Source: Candidatus Hydrogenedentota bacterium | Lineage (GTDB): Bacteria > Hydrogenedentota > Hydrogenedentia > Hydrogenedentales > SLHB01 | Reading direction: 5' to 3' | Length of the DNA: 64,000 bases | NCBI GenBank assembly: GCA_963668025.2 | Contig: CAXXTH010000017.1 | Span: 1,440,001 to 1,504,000, forward strand | In this document: one piece after another, positions 20,360 through 30,999 of the stretch | Layout: each line of letters begins with the position of its first letter | How positions within the stretch are numbered: position 1 is the first letter of the stretch | Program-made: the position numbers and the translations under genes | Notes under the pieces: model-generated | Databases searched by the model: none | What the model saw: only the letters and a program-made list of their open reading frames with translations | Told to the model about the DNA's origin: nothing

Positions 20360-21367
20360 TTAACCCCGGCCGGTCAATTCTTTTAAGTTCTTCCAGAAGG
20401 CCTCGACATTGTCTTTCGTGATATTGACCGTGTTGATGTATAGCTGCTTGCTGGGCGGAATGCTTGAGTTATTGCCCTTCGCAAGCTCGACAAGCACTTT
20501 CACTGATGTGTAGCCGAACTCGAAAGGCTGCTGGACCACCGTGCCCGTAATATAGCCGTCTTGCACGCCTTGCAGGGTCTCTTCGTCTTCATCGAAACAG
20601 ATGATCTTGACTTGGCCCAATTTACCGGAACCTTGCACGGCGTTGAGGATGGCAGGGCCATTATAAGAATACAGCCCTACCAGGCAGCTTATATCCGGAT
20701 ACGCAACCAGTGTGTCCTGGACATTGGAGATGGCTTTCGCCGTATCCACCTCGTCTGTCCGTACGCCGAGGATTTCGATATTCGCGCCTGCTATCGCGTC
20801 TTCAATTCCTTTTTTGCGATCCTGCGCGTTTTGGGCGTCCATGGTGCCCACAAAAAGCATGATTTTACCGCCTGAAGGCAGCGTGGTTTTGATGAGTTCG
20901 CCCGCGGCTTTGCCCGCGTCATAATTGTTCGTTCCGATATAACATAAGCGGTTGCTTTCAGGAGCGTCTGAATCTTGCGTGATGAGATTGGCCTTCGACG
21001 CCACTTTATTAAGGAACGCAAGCTGGTTTGTCGGGTCTTTCGGGCTGATGGCTATGCCCGATACGCCCGTTACAAGCAAGTCATCGATGATGGATTGCTG
21101 TTCAGCCGCCGTGCTTTTCGACGGCATGCGGAAGATGACCTCGCAGCCATATTCGAGAGCGGCCTTTTTTGTTCCAGCTTCGGCGATTTTCCAGAAATTC
21201 GAGTTCCCATTCGGCACAAACGCGATGCGGATAGGCTGGCCTGGCGATGGAGCGGTTGCGGCTTTTCCTGTCTCTGGCGCATTCGCGGAAGGTTCACGCG
21301 CCGGTTTCCCACATCCGCTGCAGCATACAAATCCTGCCAGCAACATAAAGCAGAGCACGAATCTCAT
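20360..21367 (-). CDS. Sugar ABC transporter substrate-binding lipoprotein (RbsB-like)
   Basis: Lipobox 'CSGC'; 'FWKIAEAG', 'DSDAPES.R.CYIGTNNYDAG', 'VVQQPFEFGY'. Confidence 0.9.
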   Translation of the reverse strand: MRFVLCFMLLAGFVCCSGCGKPAREPSANAPETGKAATAPSPGQPIRIAFVPNGNSNFWKIAEAGTKKAALEYGCEVIFRMPSKSTAAEQQSIIDDLLVTGVSGIAISPKDPTNQLAFLNKVASKANLITQDSDAPESNRLCYIGTNNYDAGKAAGELIKTTLPSGGKIMLFVGTMDAQNAQDRKKGIEDAIAGANIEILGVRTDEVDTAKAISNVQDTLVAYPDISCLVGLYSYNGPAILNAVQGSGKLGQVKIICFDEDEETLQGVQDGYITGTVVQQPFEFGYTSVKVLVELAKGNNSSIPPSKQLYINTVNITKDNVEAFWKNLKELTGRG

Positions 21368-21957
21368 TAGCGTTTCCTCCAAAATAATATTGCTAATTTA
21401 CTCCTAATAGGCACACTTTTCATATGGAAGATACTTATTGAATTGCTCCCCGAACCCCACTATTCGCCAGATGAGCCTGCGGATCGAGTCTTGCCTCTTA
21501 GCGGCTGCCTTCTATAGGCCCGTGCAGCTCGATTCGGTTTCATTATATTATCGCACAATAGGAAATACAATCACCTGCCGGAATTCAATATGACAAAAAA
21601 TGCGATATGCGCCTACTAGGTTGATTTTTAGAACCATAAAGGAACACAACCAAACTTAGAGCGGCATAGCCGCATTTAAAAAAAGTGTTGGGCCATGAAA
21701 TTCTGGGCCATGAAACATTTCGCAGAAGCCGTAATATACCAGTGCGAATATATTATCCCAATACCGTTTTTATTTCCCGTTGCATGGCATCTCGCTTCAT
21801 GCCACTGTTCCGGCTTCTTGTCCAGCGGCAGGCATCATCGGATTGCGAATCTGGATGGGCTGGTTTGGCTCCCCCGCATGGCAACAAAACGTCCTGATCA
21901 ATAGAGGCTACTAATGAAGCGGGCCAGTTTGCTTGAAAAAGAAACGGGGGTATACGG

Positions 21958-23463
21958 ATGAAATCTTTCTTAGTGTTGGCGTGTTGCAGTGTGTTACTGC
22001 TGGCCATGGGAGCCGCGCCGCGATATTTGGAGGAATTGCGGATAGGCGGCGGGTATGGCGATGCGGCGGACGGCGGGGCGGATTGGGATAAGGCCGGGGC
22101 CTTGCGCGCGAATGGGCGCATAGAGGCCGATGCGGGACTGGCGGCGGGCAAGGAAGGTGCTGCACAAGGGCTCGTTACCGCAAATCGGGGAAGCGCATCC
22201 CAGCCGGGCGCGATTCGGGCTGTTCCGGGCGATGGCGGTGCGGGCGGTTATTTGTTCACGGGCGATGCAGATGAGCCGCGATGGGCACCGGCTTTGCCCG
22301 TTTCGCCAGCGGATGGCAGCCCATTGGTGCGTATGTCGGATGTAGGCGTATCAGCGGGAACCGTGGCCGCGGGCAATCACTACCATGTGGGAGTCTACCA
22401 GCCTGCCGACGCCACTCTAGGTGCGCTGGCGGAAGGCGGCGCAGCGGGCAAAATTCCCTATTGGAGCGCCACGGATGTGCTGTCCGAGAAATCCGTTTCC
22501 ACGCAAGGCCTTGCACAGCTTGCCCGCGCGGCGAATGATGCGGGTGGCTCGGGCGAAGGGCTGCTTGCGTTATGGCGCATGCGAAGTGTTTCCATATTGG
22601 CGGATTGGTCTGGCAATGGCAGAAAGGCGGTCTTGAGTGGAACGGGAACGCTGCAAGGAGTGGGCAAATTTGGCGCATGTGCGGAATTCGATGGGAATGG
22701 ATTCTATTCGGCGGGCAATGCGCTAACCACCGCCATGGGCGGGGCTTCCCAAAGCTCCACGCTTGCCGTGTGGATCAAAACAACATATGAAGGCAAGAAT
22801 ATCGCTGGCTTTTTCAACGCGAACAACCGGTTTGGATTTTCCAATACCAATGGGCGCGCCCGCATGTATATCGGTGACGGCGTGAACACCGCCACCATAA
22901 ACAACGCGTCCGGCCAAACAGTAAGCGATGGCAAATGGCATTTGATTGCAGGTGTTATTGATCGGGCTGCTGGAACCGCTTTTCTGTATGTGGATGGCGT
23001 GCAGGAAGTATCTTATTCCATTGCCGGATGGGGTGCGTTGTCTTCCAGCGCCACCGATTTCTGCATCGCTTCTTTGTCCTCTTCCGGCTCCATCGTGCGC
23101 TGGATGGGAGCAATTGATGAATGCATGGTGTGGGGCCGTGCGTTGCCCGCTAAAGAAATCGAGGCGCTCTATTTGGCTCCGCGTGAATTCGCGCCGGATA
23201 CTGGTTATGCCGCGTCGAATTTGGCCGCCGAAGGCAATCTGGAAGCCCATGGCGGCGGCGTGTACGCCGGAATGGATGGCGCGGTGCGCGGAGTTTTATC
23301 GGCATGGGACGGCAGTGGCGGCGCGGCGCCGGGATGCCTCGCCCTTGCAAGCCCCAATGGCGCGCTCTGGTATGTGTTCGTGGAAGACGATGGCACCTTG
23401 AAAGTCCATAACGCCCTTCCCACGGCGAATGCGGATGGAATCGTGGCGGGCCTACAAGAATAA
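21958..23463 (+). CDS. Secreted Gly-rich protein with a LamG/concanavalin-like domain and a tail-fibre-like segment
   Basis: Signal peptide; LamG motifs 'DWSGNG', 'FDGNG', 'DGKWHLIAGVID', 'LYVDG', 'GAIDECMVWGRAL...EI..LY'; 'YQPADATLGALA'. Confidence 0.7.
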   Translation: MKSFLVLACCSVLLLAMGAAPRYLEELRIGGGYGDAADGGADWDKAGALRANGRIEADAGLAAGKEGAAQGLVTANRGSASQPGAIRAVPGDGGAGGYLFTGDADEPRWAPALPVSPADGSPLVRMSDVGVSAGTVAAGNHYHVGVYQPADATLGALAEGGAAGKIPYWSATDVLSEKSVSTQGLAQLARAANDAGGSGEGLLALWRMRSVSILADWSGNGRKAVLSGTGTLQGVGKFGACAEFDGNGFYSAGNALTTAMGGASQSSTLAVWIKTTYEGKNIAGFFNANNRFGFSNTNGRARMYIGDGVNTATINNASGQTVSDGKWHLIAGVIDRAAGTAFLYVDGVQEVSYSIAGWGALSSSATDFCIASLSSSGSIVRWMGAIDECMVWGRALPAKEIEALYLAPREFAPDTGYAASNLAAEGNLEAHGGGVYAGMDGAVRGVLSAWDGSGGAAPGCLALASPNGALWYVFVEDDGTLKVHNALPTANADGIVAGLQE

Positions 23464-23473
23464 TCTTTTTTAC

Positions 23474-24601
23474 TTAATGGGGATGCTGCTGGAGATGGCG
23501 CTTGTAGACCGCCAAATGCTGCTCGACGGCATGGTCCAGGGCATGGTGGGTATTGACATATTCATAGCCCTTCATGCCCTGCCTGCGCCAATTCTCCTTT
23601 TCGAGGAGCCAAGCCAGCCCTTTTGCAAAATCCCCATCCGAGGCATGATACCCCATTTGCGAGGCGAAGCCGTCGGGATCGGTATAGCTGAGAATGGCGC
23701 ATTGATGTGCGGCCGCTTCCAGATAGGCCACCGGCAGGCATTCGCGGGCGGCGGGATTGCACATCACCCAGGCAGGGCCCAGGTAATCCGATAAAGAGCC
23801 GCCTGCAAACTGATCGACAAATCCAGGCATCTCCAGATTCGGAATGCCGCCGAAACGTGTGCGCAGATTGCGGTCATACGCCTCCTCATGCGCCTTGCCC
23901 ACGGCCACGAAACGGACTCCTGGAAATTGGGGGGCCAGTTCGAGGAACCGCTCGACCCGTTTCCGGCGATCCCATCGGGCGAGGAATACCACCAGCGGCG
24001 CAGGCGATTTCTCGAATGGGCGCTCGGGGATTTTTACCGGATTGGGCAGAAACTCCGGCTCGTAGTCCAGGCCATACATGTGGCGCACTTTGTCGCATAT
24101 AAAATGGGCTTGCACGTAACAGCGCGTACTCGAACGGACGGCCCGGCGCACGAGGGGATTGTTCTCATACGCCATCCAGACTGGAAATGTGAGGCGGCGT
24201 CTCATGCTCAAATAGCGGAATTCCGTCCACCAGTCCCATGCATCGCGCGGGTCTTGAGCCGTCACCAAATGAATGCGGCCTGGCATGGCCCGCTGGGCGT
24301 AATAGGTGCCCATGGTTGGTTCTTCGGAATGATAGATGTCGCAATCCGCCGCCCGGAAACACGCTATCGCGCTGCTCCACCGGCGGGGCGAATGGGACAG
24401 CACTTCCATGCCGTCCACGATTTCATGTTCCGGCTGGCCGGGCCGCCGGGGCGTAACGGCATACACCTGGACGCCCCGCTGTACAAGCGCCTTGCCCAAA
24501 GTCCGCGTGAGGCTGCCAAATCCGCCGTATTTGCCATGAATAAAAAGCTGGCTGGCGACAAAACATACTTTCATGTGCGTGCGATACCGTTTCACCATCA
24601 T
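23474..24601 (-). CDS. GT4 glycosyltransferase
   Basis: 'GKYGGFGS', 'ARWDRRKR', 'RECLPVAYLEAAA'. Confidence 0.8.
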   Translation of the reverse strand: MMVKRYRTHMKVCFVASQLFIHGKYGGFGSLTRTLGKALVQRGVQVYAVTPRRPGQPEHEIVDGMEVLSHSPRRWSSAIACFRAADCDIYHSEEPTMGTYYAQRAMPGRIHLVTAQDPRDAWDWWTEFRYLSMRRRLTFPVWMAYENNPLVRRAVRSSTRCYVQAHFICDKVRHMYGLDYEPEFLPNPVKIPERPFEKSPAPLVVFLARWDRRKRVERFLELAPQFPGVRFVAVGKAHEEAYDRNLRTRFGGIPNLEMPGFVDQFAGGSLSDYLGPAWVMCNPAARECLPVAYLEAAAHQCAILSYTDPDGFASQMGYHASDGDFAKGLAWLLEKENWRRQGMKGYEYVNTHHALDHAVEQHLAVYKRHLQQHPH

Positions 24602-24625
24602 TCGAGCGGTTCAATATTGAATGTC

Positions 24626-24673
24626 GTAGCATGGGCGTCCCGCCCATGTGCATGGCCGGGACGGCCATGCCAC
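24626..24673. repeat. GTAG/GTGG-type REP doublet in inverted orientation
   Basis: GTAGCATGGGCGTCCCGCCCATG-TG-CATGGCCGGGACGGCCATGCCAC; related single copy at 52798-52820. Confidence 0.7.
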
Positions 24674-24725
24674 GAGCGGAACGCCCAAGATGCGGGTGAT
24701 TATACAGAAAATATGGGTAGCGGCA

Positions 24726-25751
24726 TTATTTTTTTAAGGGATGCAAGAGCTTTTGTATTTCCGGCTCATTCATGTTTTCCCGCGTGACTACCGTGACGCC
24801 GGTATCGATTCGTTTTTCCACGGGCTTGCCCTGAATCGAATCGATGGCCGCCTTGACTCCTTGGAAGCCCATCTGGAAGGGATTCTGTACTATCAGCGCG
24901 TCAATCGAACCTGACTGCAAGGCCTCGACTTCCCGGTCCGCCGAGTCAAACGCCACTACTTTGATTTGTCCCGCTTTGCCTGCGGCCTCGATAGCCTGTA
25001 CGGCCCCCATGGCCCCGCTTTCATTCGCGGCGAAAATGCCTTTCAAATCAGGATGCGCCGTCATCATATCTTCGGCGGCGGCCATGCCCTTCGCCACATC
25101 GCTCTGGCTGTAGAGCGTGGCTACGAGCTGGACATTCGGATAAGCGGATAAGCCATCTTTGAAGCCCTGTTCACGCATTTCGGAGGTGGCGGCGCCTTGA
25201 ACGAAGGGGATAAGCCCCACGGGGCCTGCTTCTCCGACGAGTTTGGCCAGCACTTCCGCTGCTTTGCGCGCTCCCGCCACATTGTCCGTGGCGACATACG
25301 AGATGGGAAGATCAGACTTTACACCCGAATCGATGGTCACGACGGGGATTCCCGCCGCATGTGCTTTCGCCACTACATCGACAAGAGCCACTTCATTGCA
25401 GGCGGCCATGACAAGGGCGTCTACTTTCTGGTTAAGCATGTCTTCAATGATGCTGATCTGTTCCGCCACATCGGTCTCGGCATTAGGGCCGTTCCAAAGG
25501 ATGGAAGCGCCATGTTCTTGCGCAGCCGCTTCCGCGCCTGCCTTAACGGTAAGCCAAAACTCGTGGACAAAACCCTTGGGAACCACGGCGATGCGCAAGC
25601 CTTGCGCTTTCTGCGGCGCGGCCGCTTGATCCGTCCGATCCGTCTGATCCGTCCGATCCACTTGATTGGCCGTTTCAGGCGCCTTTGCAGGCCCACAGCC
25701 CACAACCGCCAACCCCATAATTATCGCACTCGCCCAGAAAAGCCGTTTCAT
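24726..25751 (-). CDS. Sugar ABC transporter substrate-binding lipoprotein
   Basis: Lipobox 'VVGC'; 'VPKGFVHEFW.TVKAGA', 'YVATDN', 'LIVQNPFQMG'. Confidence 0.9.
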   Translation of the reverse strand: MKRLFWASAIIMGLAVVGCGPAKAPETANQVDRTDQTDRTDQAAAPQKAQGLRIAVVPKGFVHEFWLTVKAGAEAAAQEHGASILWNGPNAETDVAEQISIIEDMLNQKVDALVMAACNEVALVDVVAKAHAAGIPVVTIDSGVKSDLPISYVATDNVAGARKAAEVLAKLVGEAGPVGLIPFVQGAATSEMREQGFKDGLSAYPNVQLVATLYSQSDVAKGMAAAEDMMTAHPDLKGIFAANESGAMGAVQAIEAAGKAGQIKVVAFDSADREVEALQSGSIDALIVQNPFQMGFQGVKAAIDSIQGKPVEKRIDTGVTVVTRENMNEPEIQKLLHPLKK

Positions 25752-26053
25752 GCTGCACCTCCTGTTCTTTCTCCAACACCCTTGATTATACCGAGTATAC
25801 TTGATGGCGTGTGCATCATAACACGCCCCAGGCCTGCTTAGCCAATGCGTCTACTGTTTGCGTGGCGGGAAAGTGCAATGCTATACTTCCCTGGTTTTCC
25901 ACTCGGCGCCCTGCCGCCTTGCGTTACGAACCGTGCGGTGCGCTTCGATAGGAATAATAGCAACAACGGTCCTCGCCCCGGAGGATCGTGGTGCCAGCTC
26001 GGGGAAACCGTTTCACGGCGTCGCACGCCGCAACGACCTAGGAGATTAAAATT

Positions 26054-27112
26054 ATGCCACTTGTACCTATGCGACAGATTCTCGATGAGGCCGCAAAAGG
26101 CGGTTACGGCGTTGGCGCGTTCAACGTCAACAACATGGAGCAAATCCAGGCTATCATGCAGGCCGCCAACGACACCAACAGCCCGGTCATCATCCAGGCC
26201 AGCCGCGGCGCCCTCAAGTACAGCAAAATGATTTACCTCAAAAAACTCATGGAAGCCGCTGCTGAAGAGTTTCCGAACATTCCCGTCGCCATGCACCTCG
26301 ACCACGGCAATAGCCTCGCGACGTGCAAGGAAGCCATCGAACTCGGCTTTACGTCTGTCATGATGGACGGTTCGCTCTCCGAAGACGGCAAGACGCCGAA
26401 TACCTACGAGCAGAATGTGGCCATCACGCGCCAAGTCGTCGAGCTGGCCCATCCGCTGGGCGTGACGGTCGAGGGCGAACTCGGCTGTTTGGGCGGCATC
26501 GAAGACGGCCACGGCGCGGGCCTCAGCGTGGATGAAGTGAATGACCACCTGACTGACCCGGCGCAAGCCGAAGACTTTGTCGCGAAGACGGGCCTTGATG
26601 CGCTGGCCGTCGCCATCGGCACCAGCCACGGCGCGTACAAATCTGGCCGTAAAGACCCGAAAACGGGCGAAATGCTGCCTCCGGCGCTGGCCATGGAGCG
26701 CATCCATGAAATCCACAAGCGCATGCCGAATTGCCACATGGTCATGCATGGTTCGAGTTCGGTGCCGAAAGAGCTCGTGGACATCATCAACCAGTACGGC
26801 GGCAAGATGCCCGACACCTTCGGTATTCCCATCGAGCAGATCCAAGACGGCATCAAGCATGGCGTCCGCAAAGTCAATGTGGACACCGATAGCCGCCTTG
26901 CCATGACGGGCGCTATCCGCAAGGTGTTCGTGGAAACCCCCAACAAATTCGACCCCCGCGATTATCTCAAGCCGGCCCGTGAAGCGGCCTATGAAGTGTA
27001 TGTCGCCCGCATGAAGGCTTTTGGCCAAGCAGGCCACGCGGGCGAGTACGCGCCCATGAGCCTCGCCGACATGAAAAAGGTCTACGGCTGCTGCTGCGGC
27101 TGCAACAAATAA
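26054..27112 (+). CDS. fba: Class II fructose-bisphosphate aldolase (Calvin-cycle/IIB-like subtype)
   Basis: 'AFNVNNMEQ', 'MHLDHG', 'SVMMDGSL', 'VEGELGCLG', '[10 protein letters not shown]', 'VMHGSSSVP', 'FDPR'. Confidence 0.95.
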   Translation: MPLVPMRQILDEAAKGGYGVGAFNVNNMEQIQAIMQAANDTNSPVIIQASRGALKYSKMIYLKKLMEAAAEEFPNIPVAMHLDHGNSLATCKEAIELGFTSVMMDGSLSEDGKTPNTYEQNVAITRQVVELAHPLGVTVEGELGCLGGIEDGHGAGLSVDEVNDHLTDPAQAEDFVAKTGLDALAVAIGTSHGAYKSGRKDPKTGEMLPPALAMERIHEIHKRMPNCHMVMHGSSSVPKELVDIINQYGGKMPDTFGIPIEQIQDGIKHGVRKVNVDTDSRLAMTGAIRKVFVETPNKFDPRDYLKPAREAAYEVYVARMKAFGQAGHAGEYAPMSLADMKKVYGCCCGCNK

Positions 27113-27150
27113 ATAACGGGAGCAATCCCTAAAACCATTTGTCGACAATA

Positions 27151-27188
27151 AAAGGCGGAAAGAAATCCTCGGATTTCTTTCCGCCTTT
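27151..27188 (+). terminator. Terminator hairpin after fba
   Basis: AAAGGCGGAAAGAAATCC-TC-GGATTTCTTTCCGCCTTT, perfect 18-bp inverted repeat. Confidence 0.7.
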
Positions 27189-27344
27189 GCTTTCATATAA
27201 CTCCCCAAAAATTCAGATGGGCCTGTTTTGGTGCATATCGGTGAATCATACAAACTATCCTGTTTTTGCTCCTAGCGGTGTGTTCGCTTGTTTTATATGC
27301 TGGTGGGTGGTTTTATGTTCAATTTACCCATTGAGGAGGTGCGT

Positions 27345-29804
27345 ATGAACACAAAAAACGCTACAAAGGAAAAAAACGAAGAGAATAGATGCAAACCAAA
27401 AAGATTCGGTTTCAGGTTTACACGTAACTCATATCCCACTATACTATTTGCTGTCGCCGCCGTCTTTCTTTCCTGGCAAGCAGCCGGATTTGATTACTCC
27501 GAACCGATGCCCTGTGTGAAGGGTTTGCCGCTTGATGCCCCGGAAATGCCGTTTGTACTCCGGTTCACGGAGGAAGAGCTGCTCGCCCAGCCCATTTGGA
27601 GCAAAGAAATTGACGGGATAATCATCCCCAAGAATACGCCTTCGCCGATTCGTTTGGGCGCGGATGCGTTGAGAGCCACTATCGTGAAGTATCAGTTGGG
27701 CGAGGCCCCGTTCATCGAGATGGACGCCAATCAAGCCGAATTGCCTATAGAATTGGAGGGGAATCGCTTCATCGTTCTTGGAACACCGCAGGACTTCAAA
27801 TTGGCGGAAATGCTCGCGAAGGAAGCGAACCTGGATGTCACGGATGAAGCGCTCAATGGGGATGGTTTCCATATCAAGCCGGTGAAACAAGGGAAGCAGG
27901 ATGTTCTTTTGATTACGTCGCCCATGAGCAGGGGCGTCATGTATGGCGCATATGAATTGGATGAACGGACCACGAAGCGGGGCGTTCCGCGTATTGATGA
28001 CGTGTTCGTTCCGAGCATGCGTTACCGGGGATGGTCCATCTTTAACGGAATACCAGCGTTATACGAGTCCAATGGACGCTGGCGTGACAATATATCGAGC
28101 GAATACAGCGCTTGGTGGCCGCATGTGCTGCCGTACAAAGAGTATCCGGAGCTTGGGGGTGAAGCGAATCACACATATATTAGTGAGCAAGCAAGCCGTT
28201 TGCATGATGTTTTCGTGAACGCGGCCAAGCGTGGGAGCATGCCTGCGTTCACACTGAATCCTCTGTCTCTCCAATGGACGCCGTGCGGGCTCGAAGCGGC
28301 ACGCAAAGTGCTCTCCGAGGAATACCCAGGCATTCTGGCGCAGCCCGCCGACAAGTATCCGTACAGCCTGTGTCCTTCCCATCCCGAAACGCGCCGTTTC
28401 GTGGCCAGCATGGCTCGGGAATTTGTCGAGACTTTTCCGGAGACGGAACTGTTGATCCTCCAGATGTCCGACGAAGGCGGTGAAGTGCTGTGCGATTGCG
28501 AGCAATGCAAAAAAACGCCGTATTACGAAAGGCTCATCGATTACATCAACCTCACGATCTCCACGGCCCGTGCGGTGAATCCCAAAATGAAGTTCATTCT
28601 TTTCGGCAGTGGCATATGCAACAAAATAAGCATGTACGATCCTCAATTGGGAAGCGACCCGAATATCGGACTGAAAACACTGTACAACCGGGTGGGGGGC
28701 GATATCGAATTCATCATGCTCATGGCTACTTCTCCGCCGGGATTTGATGTGCAGACCTGGTTTTCACCGGATTCCACGATGCTGGGCCAAGGCGTGCCGC
28801 TGTATTACTTGCTGAATTGGTACGAAGCCGGGTGGCCGGGCATCGCCATTCCGATTTCACCGGTCATGAGCCATTTGAGCTGGCCCTTGCCGTTGTACCT
28901 CGAACGCTACAAAAAATTCACGGCTCCTGGAAGCGGCACGATAGGCGCCGACAGTCCGGTCGCGGGGATGAATGTGGCGTTTTGGGATCGGAATTTGGAT
29001 CCGCAGAAGTATATGAAGAATTGGTGCCAGGCCAAATTCGGAAAAGAAGCTGGCGATTATGCATACAAAGCCCTGGTGGACACGGACAAGATCACCAGTG
29101 CGTTCTACCTAGACACCAAGCCTAATGTCAACGAGAGTTTCGATATGTATCGCTGGGGGGCGTGCGGCCAGCCTTGGGCGGTGAATATGGATTCGCTGGC
29201 GAATGCCGGTTTTGAGAAAGACCTCAGCGGGCAAACGACCTTCGAGAGCATCGCCACCCTAGGCTTCATGTTCCCGCAAGCGCCCCGCCCCGACGCTTTC
29301 AAGACGCTGGCGCGGGATACGATGGCTCCTTGGGTCAAGCGGTTTGAGCTATCCGAGGAGACCGCCATCGGCGATCGGGCGGCGGCCCTGATGGCCAAAG
29401 CGCTGAAACACAATCCAGACAATAAGGATCTGCAGCGCCTGGACCGCCTGGCGCGGGGAACGAAGGCGCTGGTCCATCTTTTCCGGGAATACCATTTGGC
29501 GATGGTCTACGCCAGCGCGGCGCGAAACGATAATGACTCCATGGAGAAGTCCCGGTTGGTGGAGCAGGCGCGGACGCTTTTGAAACAGGCCGCTGAAAAT
29601 GTCGAAGCCTACCGGGCAAGCATGCTGCCCATTACAAAAGATGAGACAGTACACATGCGAATGAAGCGGGACACGGAGATACTTTATGTCACCGCTGCCG
29701 CATGCATAGTCCGGGAAGCTGCTTATTTGTTCGACCAAGAGTTTGGCGGCGAAAGCGTGCTGGCGCACTTTGATCAAGCGATGGGATTGACAGAGCGCCC
29801 GTAA
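27345..29804 (+). CDS. Large exported protein, probably glycoside-hydrolase-related (GH20/GH67-like N-terminal domain)
   Basis: RBS GAGGAGG; hydrophobic signal-like stretch; 'DGFHI...RGVMYGAYEL...P.MRYRGW', 'LCPSHPE', 'CDCEQC'. Confidence 0.6.
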   Translation: MNTKNATKEKNEENRCKPKRFGFRFTRNSYPTILFAVAAVFLSWQAAGFDYSEPMPCVKGLPLDAPEMPFVLRFTEEELLAQPIWSKEIDGIIIPKNTPSPIRLGADALRATIVKYQLGEAPFIEMDANQAELPIELEGNRFIVLGTPQDFKLAEMLAKEANLDVTDEALNGDGFHIKPVKQGKQDVLLITSPMSRGVMYGAYELDERTTKRGVPRIDDVFVPSMRYRGWSIFNGIPALYESNGRWRDNISSEYSAWWPHVLPYKEYPELGGEANHTYISEQASRLHDVFVNAAKRGSMPAFTLNPLSLQWTPCGLEAARKVLSEEYPGILAQPADKYPYSLCPSHPETRRFVASMAREFVETFPETELLILQMSDEGGEVLCDCEQCKKTPYYERLIDYINLTISTARAVNPKMKFILFGSGICNKISMYDPQLGSDPNIGLKTLYNRVGGDIEFIMLMATSPPGFDVQTWFSPDSTMLGQGVPLYYLLNWYEAGWPGIAIPISPVMSHLSWPLPLYLERYKKFTAPGSGTIGADSPVAGMNVAFWDRNLDPQKYMKNWCQAKFGKEAGDYAYKALVDTDKITSAFYLDTKPNVNESFDMYRWGACGQPWAVNMDSLANAGFEKDLSGQTTFESIATLGFMFPQAPRPDAFKTLARDTMAPWVKRFELSEETAIGDRAAALMAKALKHNPDNKDLQRLDRLARGTKALVHLFREYHLAMVYASAARNDNDSMEKSRLVEQARTLLKQAAENVEAYRASMLPITKDETVHMRMKRDTEILYVTAAACIVREAAYLFDQEFGGESVLAHFDQAMGLTERP

Positions 29805-29928
29805 TGGTTATACCGTAAATCTTTGGGATGGAGTAACTTGCCAGGGTGGCGGCTTGCCGCCGCTCTGGTAAGCGCTGTTGGGGCGTCATTGATATTGCAT
29901 TCAGGCGATGAAAGAAGAGGGGCAAAAC

Positions 29929-30999
29929 ATGCATCAGATAACAGGGGCTAAACCGGATTTCGAGAACCTCAAGCATGTGTTGATGGGCGGGCGTGGCTGG
30001 CGCGTGCCCAATGTGGAATTGGTGATTGATGGCGCGATTAAAGCACAAATCATGGGCAAGCCGGTGGTGAGCGTTGCCGATGATCTCGAATTCCGCCGTT
30101 ATGCCGGTTACGACTATGCTTGGGTGAGTATCGGCATGGTCGATCCGGCGGGCACCGTGAATAAGGAGCTTGTGGATGCGGCTGTGGATCGGCATTATGC
30201 GGGTGAAGACGGGCGCGTATGGGCCGCTGAACATGAAGGGCGCATCTATTCCGAAGCGGACCTCGAACAATTTCCCTGGCCCAATCCGGCCACGCTCGAT
30301 TACAGTCCTTTCCTAGACACGCCTTTACCTGAAGGCATGAAATTCATTGCTATCTTGGGGAAAATCTTCACGGCCACCTGGGAACTCCTGGGCTATGAAC
30401 AATTCTGTTTGGATATGTGCATGCGCCCTGATTTCCTTAAAACGTTGGTGAAGCGAGTGGGGGATACGCAGTTGGCCGTTTTCGAACGCGTGGCGCATAT
30501 GGATTCCGTCGGCGCGGTATGGGTTCCTGATGATATCGCCTATCACACGGGGCTCATGGCTCCGCCAGACTGGCTCCGCGAACACGTGTTCTCTTACTAC
30601 CGCCAGATGGCCGAAGTCTGCCGCGCCCTGGATAAGCCGTTCATTTACCATTCCGACGGCGATCTGTGGTCTTTTCTCGACACGATACTAGACACTGGTT
30701 TCAACGCTTTGCACCCTATTGAACCGGAGAGCATGGACATCTATGCTGTCCGCGAATATGTGGGCAAGCGGATCTGCTTGATGGGCAATATTCGCGTGCA
30801 TACACTGGCGTCGGGCACGCCGGACGAGATACAGGCGCTCGTGCGGGACCGTATCGAGCATATAGGGTATGATGGAGCCTATTGTGTGGGCTCCAGCAAT
30901 TCGGTTCCGGATTACGTGCCCGTGGAGAATTATATGGCCATGCTGAAGGCCAGCGCGGAGTATGGAGCCGTGCCTGGCGCGGCGGGGAGCTGGGTGTGA
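29929..30999 (+). CDS. Uroporphyrinogen decarboxylase / MtaA-CmuA methyltransferase superfamily protein
   Basis: 'FPWPNP', 'DDIAY', 'YHSDG', 'LHPIEPE.MD', 'GSSNSVPDYVPVEN' (alternative start 29908). Confidence 0.82.
   Translation: MHQITGAKPDFENLKHVLMGGRGWRVPNVELVIDGAIKAQIMGKPVVSVADDLEFRRYAGYDYAWVSIGMVDPAGTVNKELVDAAVDRHYAGEDGRVWAAEHEGRIYSEADLEQFPWPNPATLDYSPFLDTPLPEGMKFIAILGKIFTATWELLGYEQFCLDMCMRPDFLKTLVKRVGDTQLAVFERVAHMDSVGAVWVPDDIAYHTGLMAPPDWLREHVFSYYRQMAEVCRALDKPFIYHSDGDLWSFLDTILDTGFNALHPIEPESMDIYAVREYVGKRICLMGNIRVHTLASGTPDEIQALVRDRIEHIGYDGAYCVGSSNSVPDYVPVENYMAMLKASAEYGAVPGAAGSWV

Noticed and set aside
11787-23463. Prophage suggested by the tail-collar and fibre-like genes
   Set aside because: No integrase, terminase, capsid, portal or tail-tube genes; the neighbours are metabolic
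25838-27253. 471-aa minus-strand ORF
   Set aside because: Antisense shadow of the strongly codon-biased fba gene
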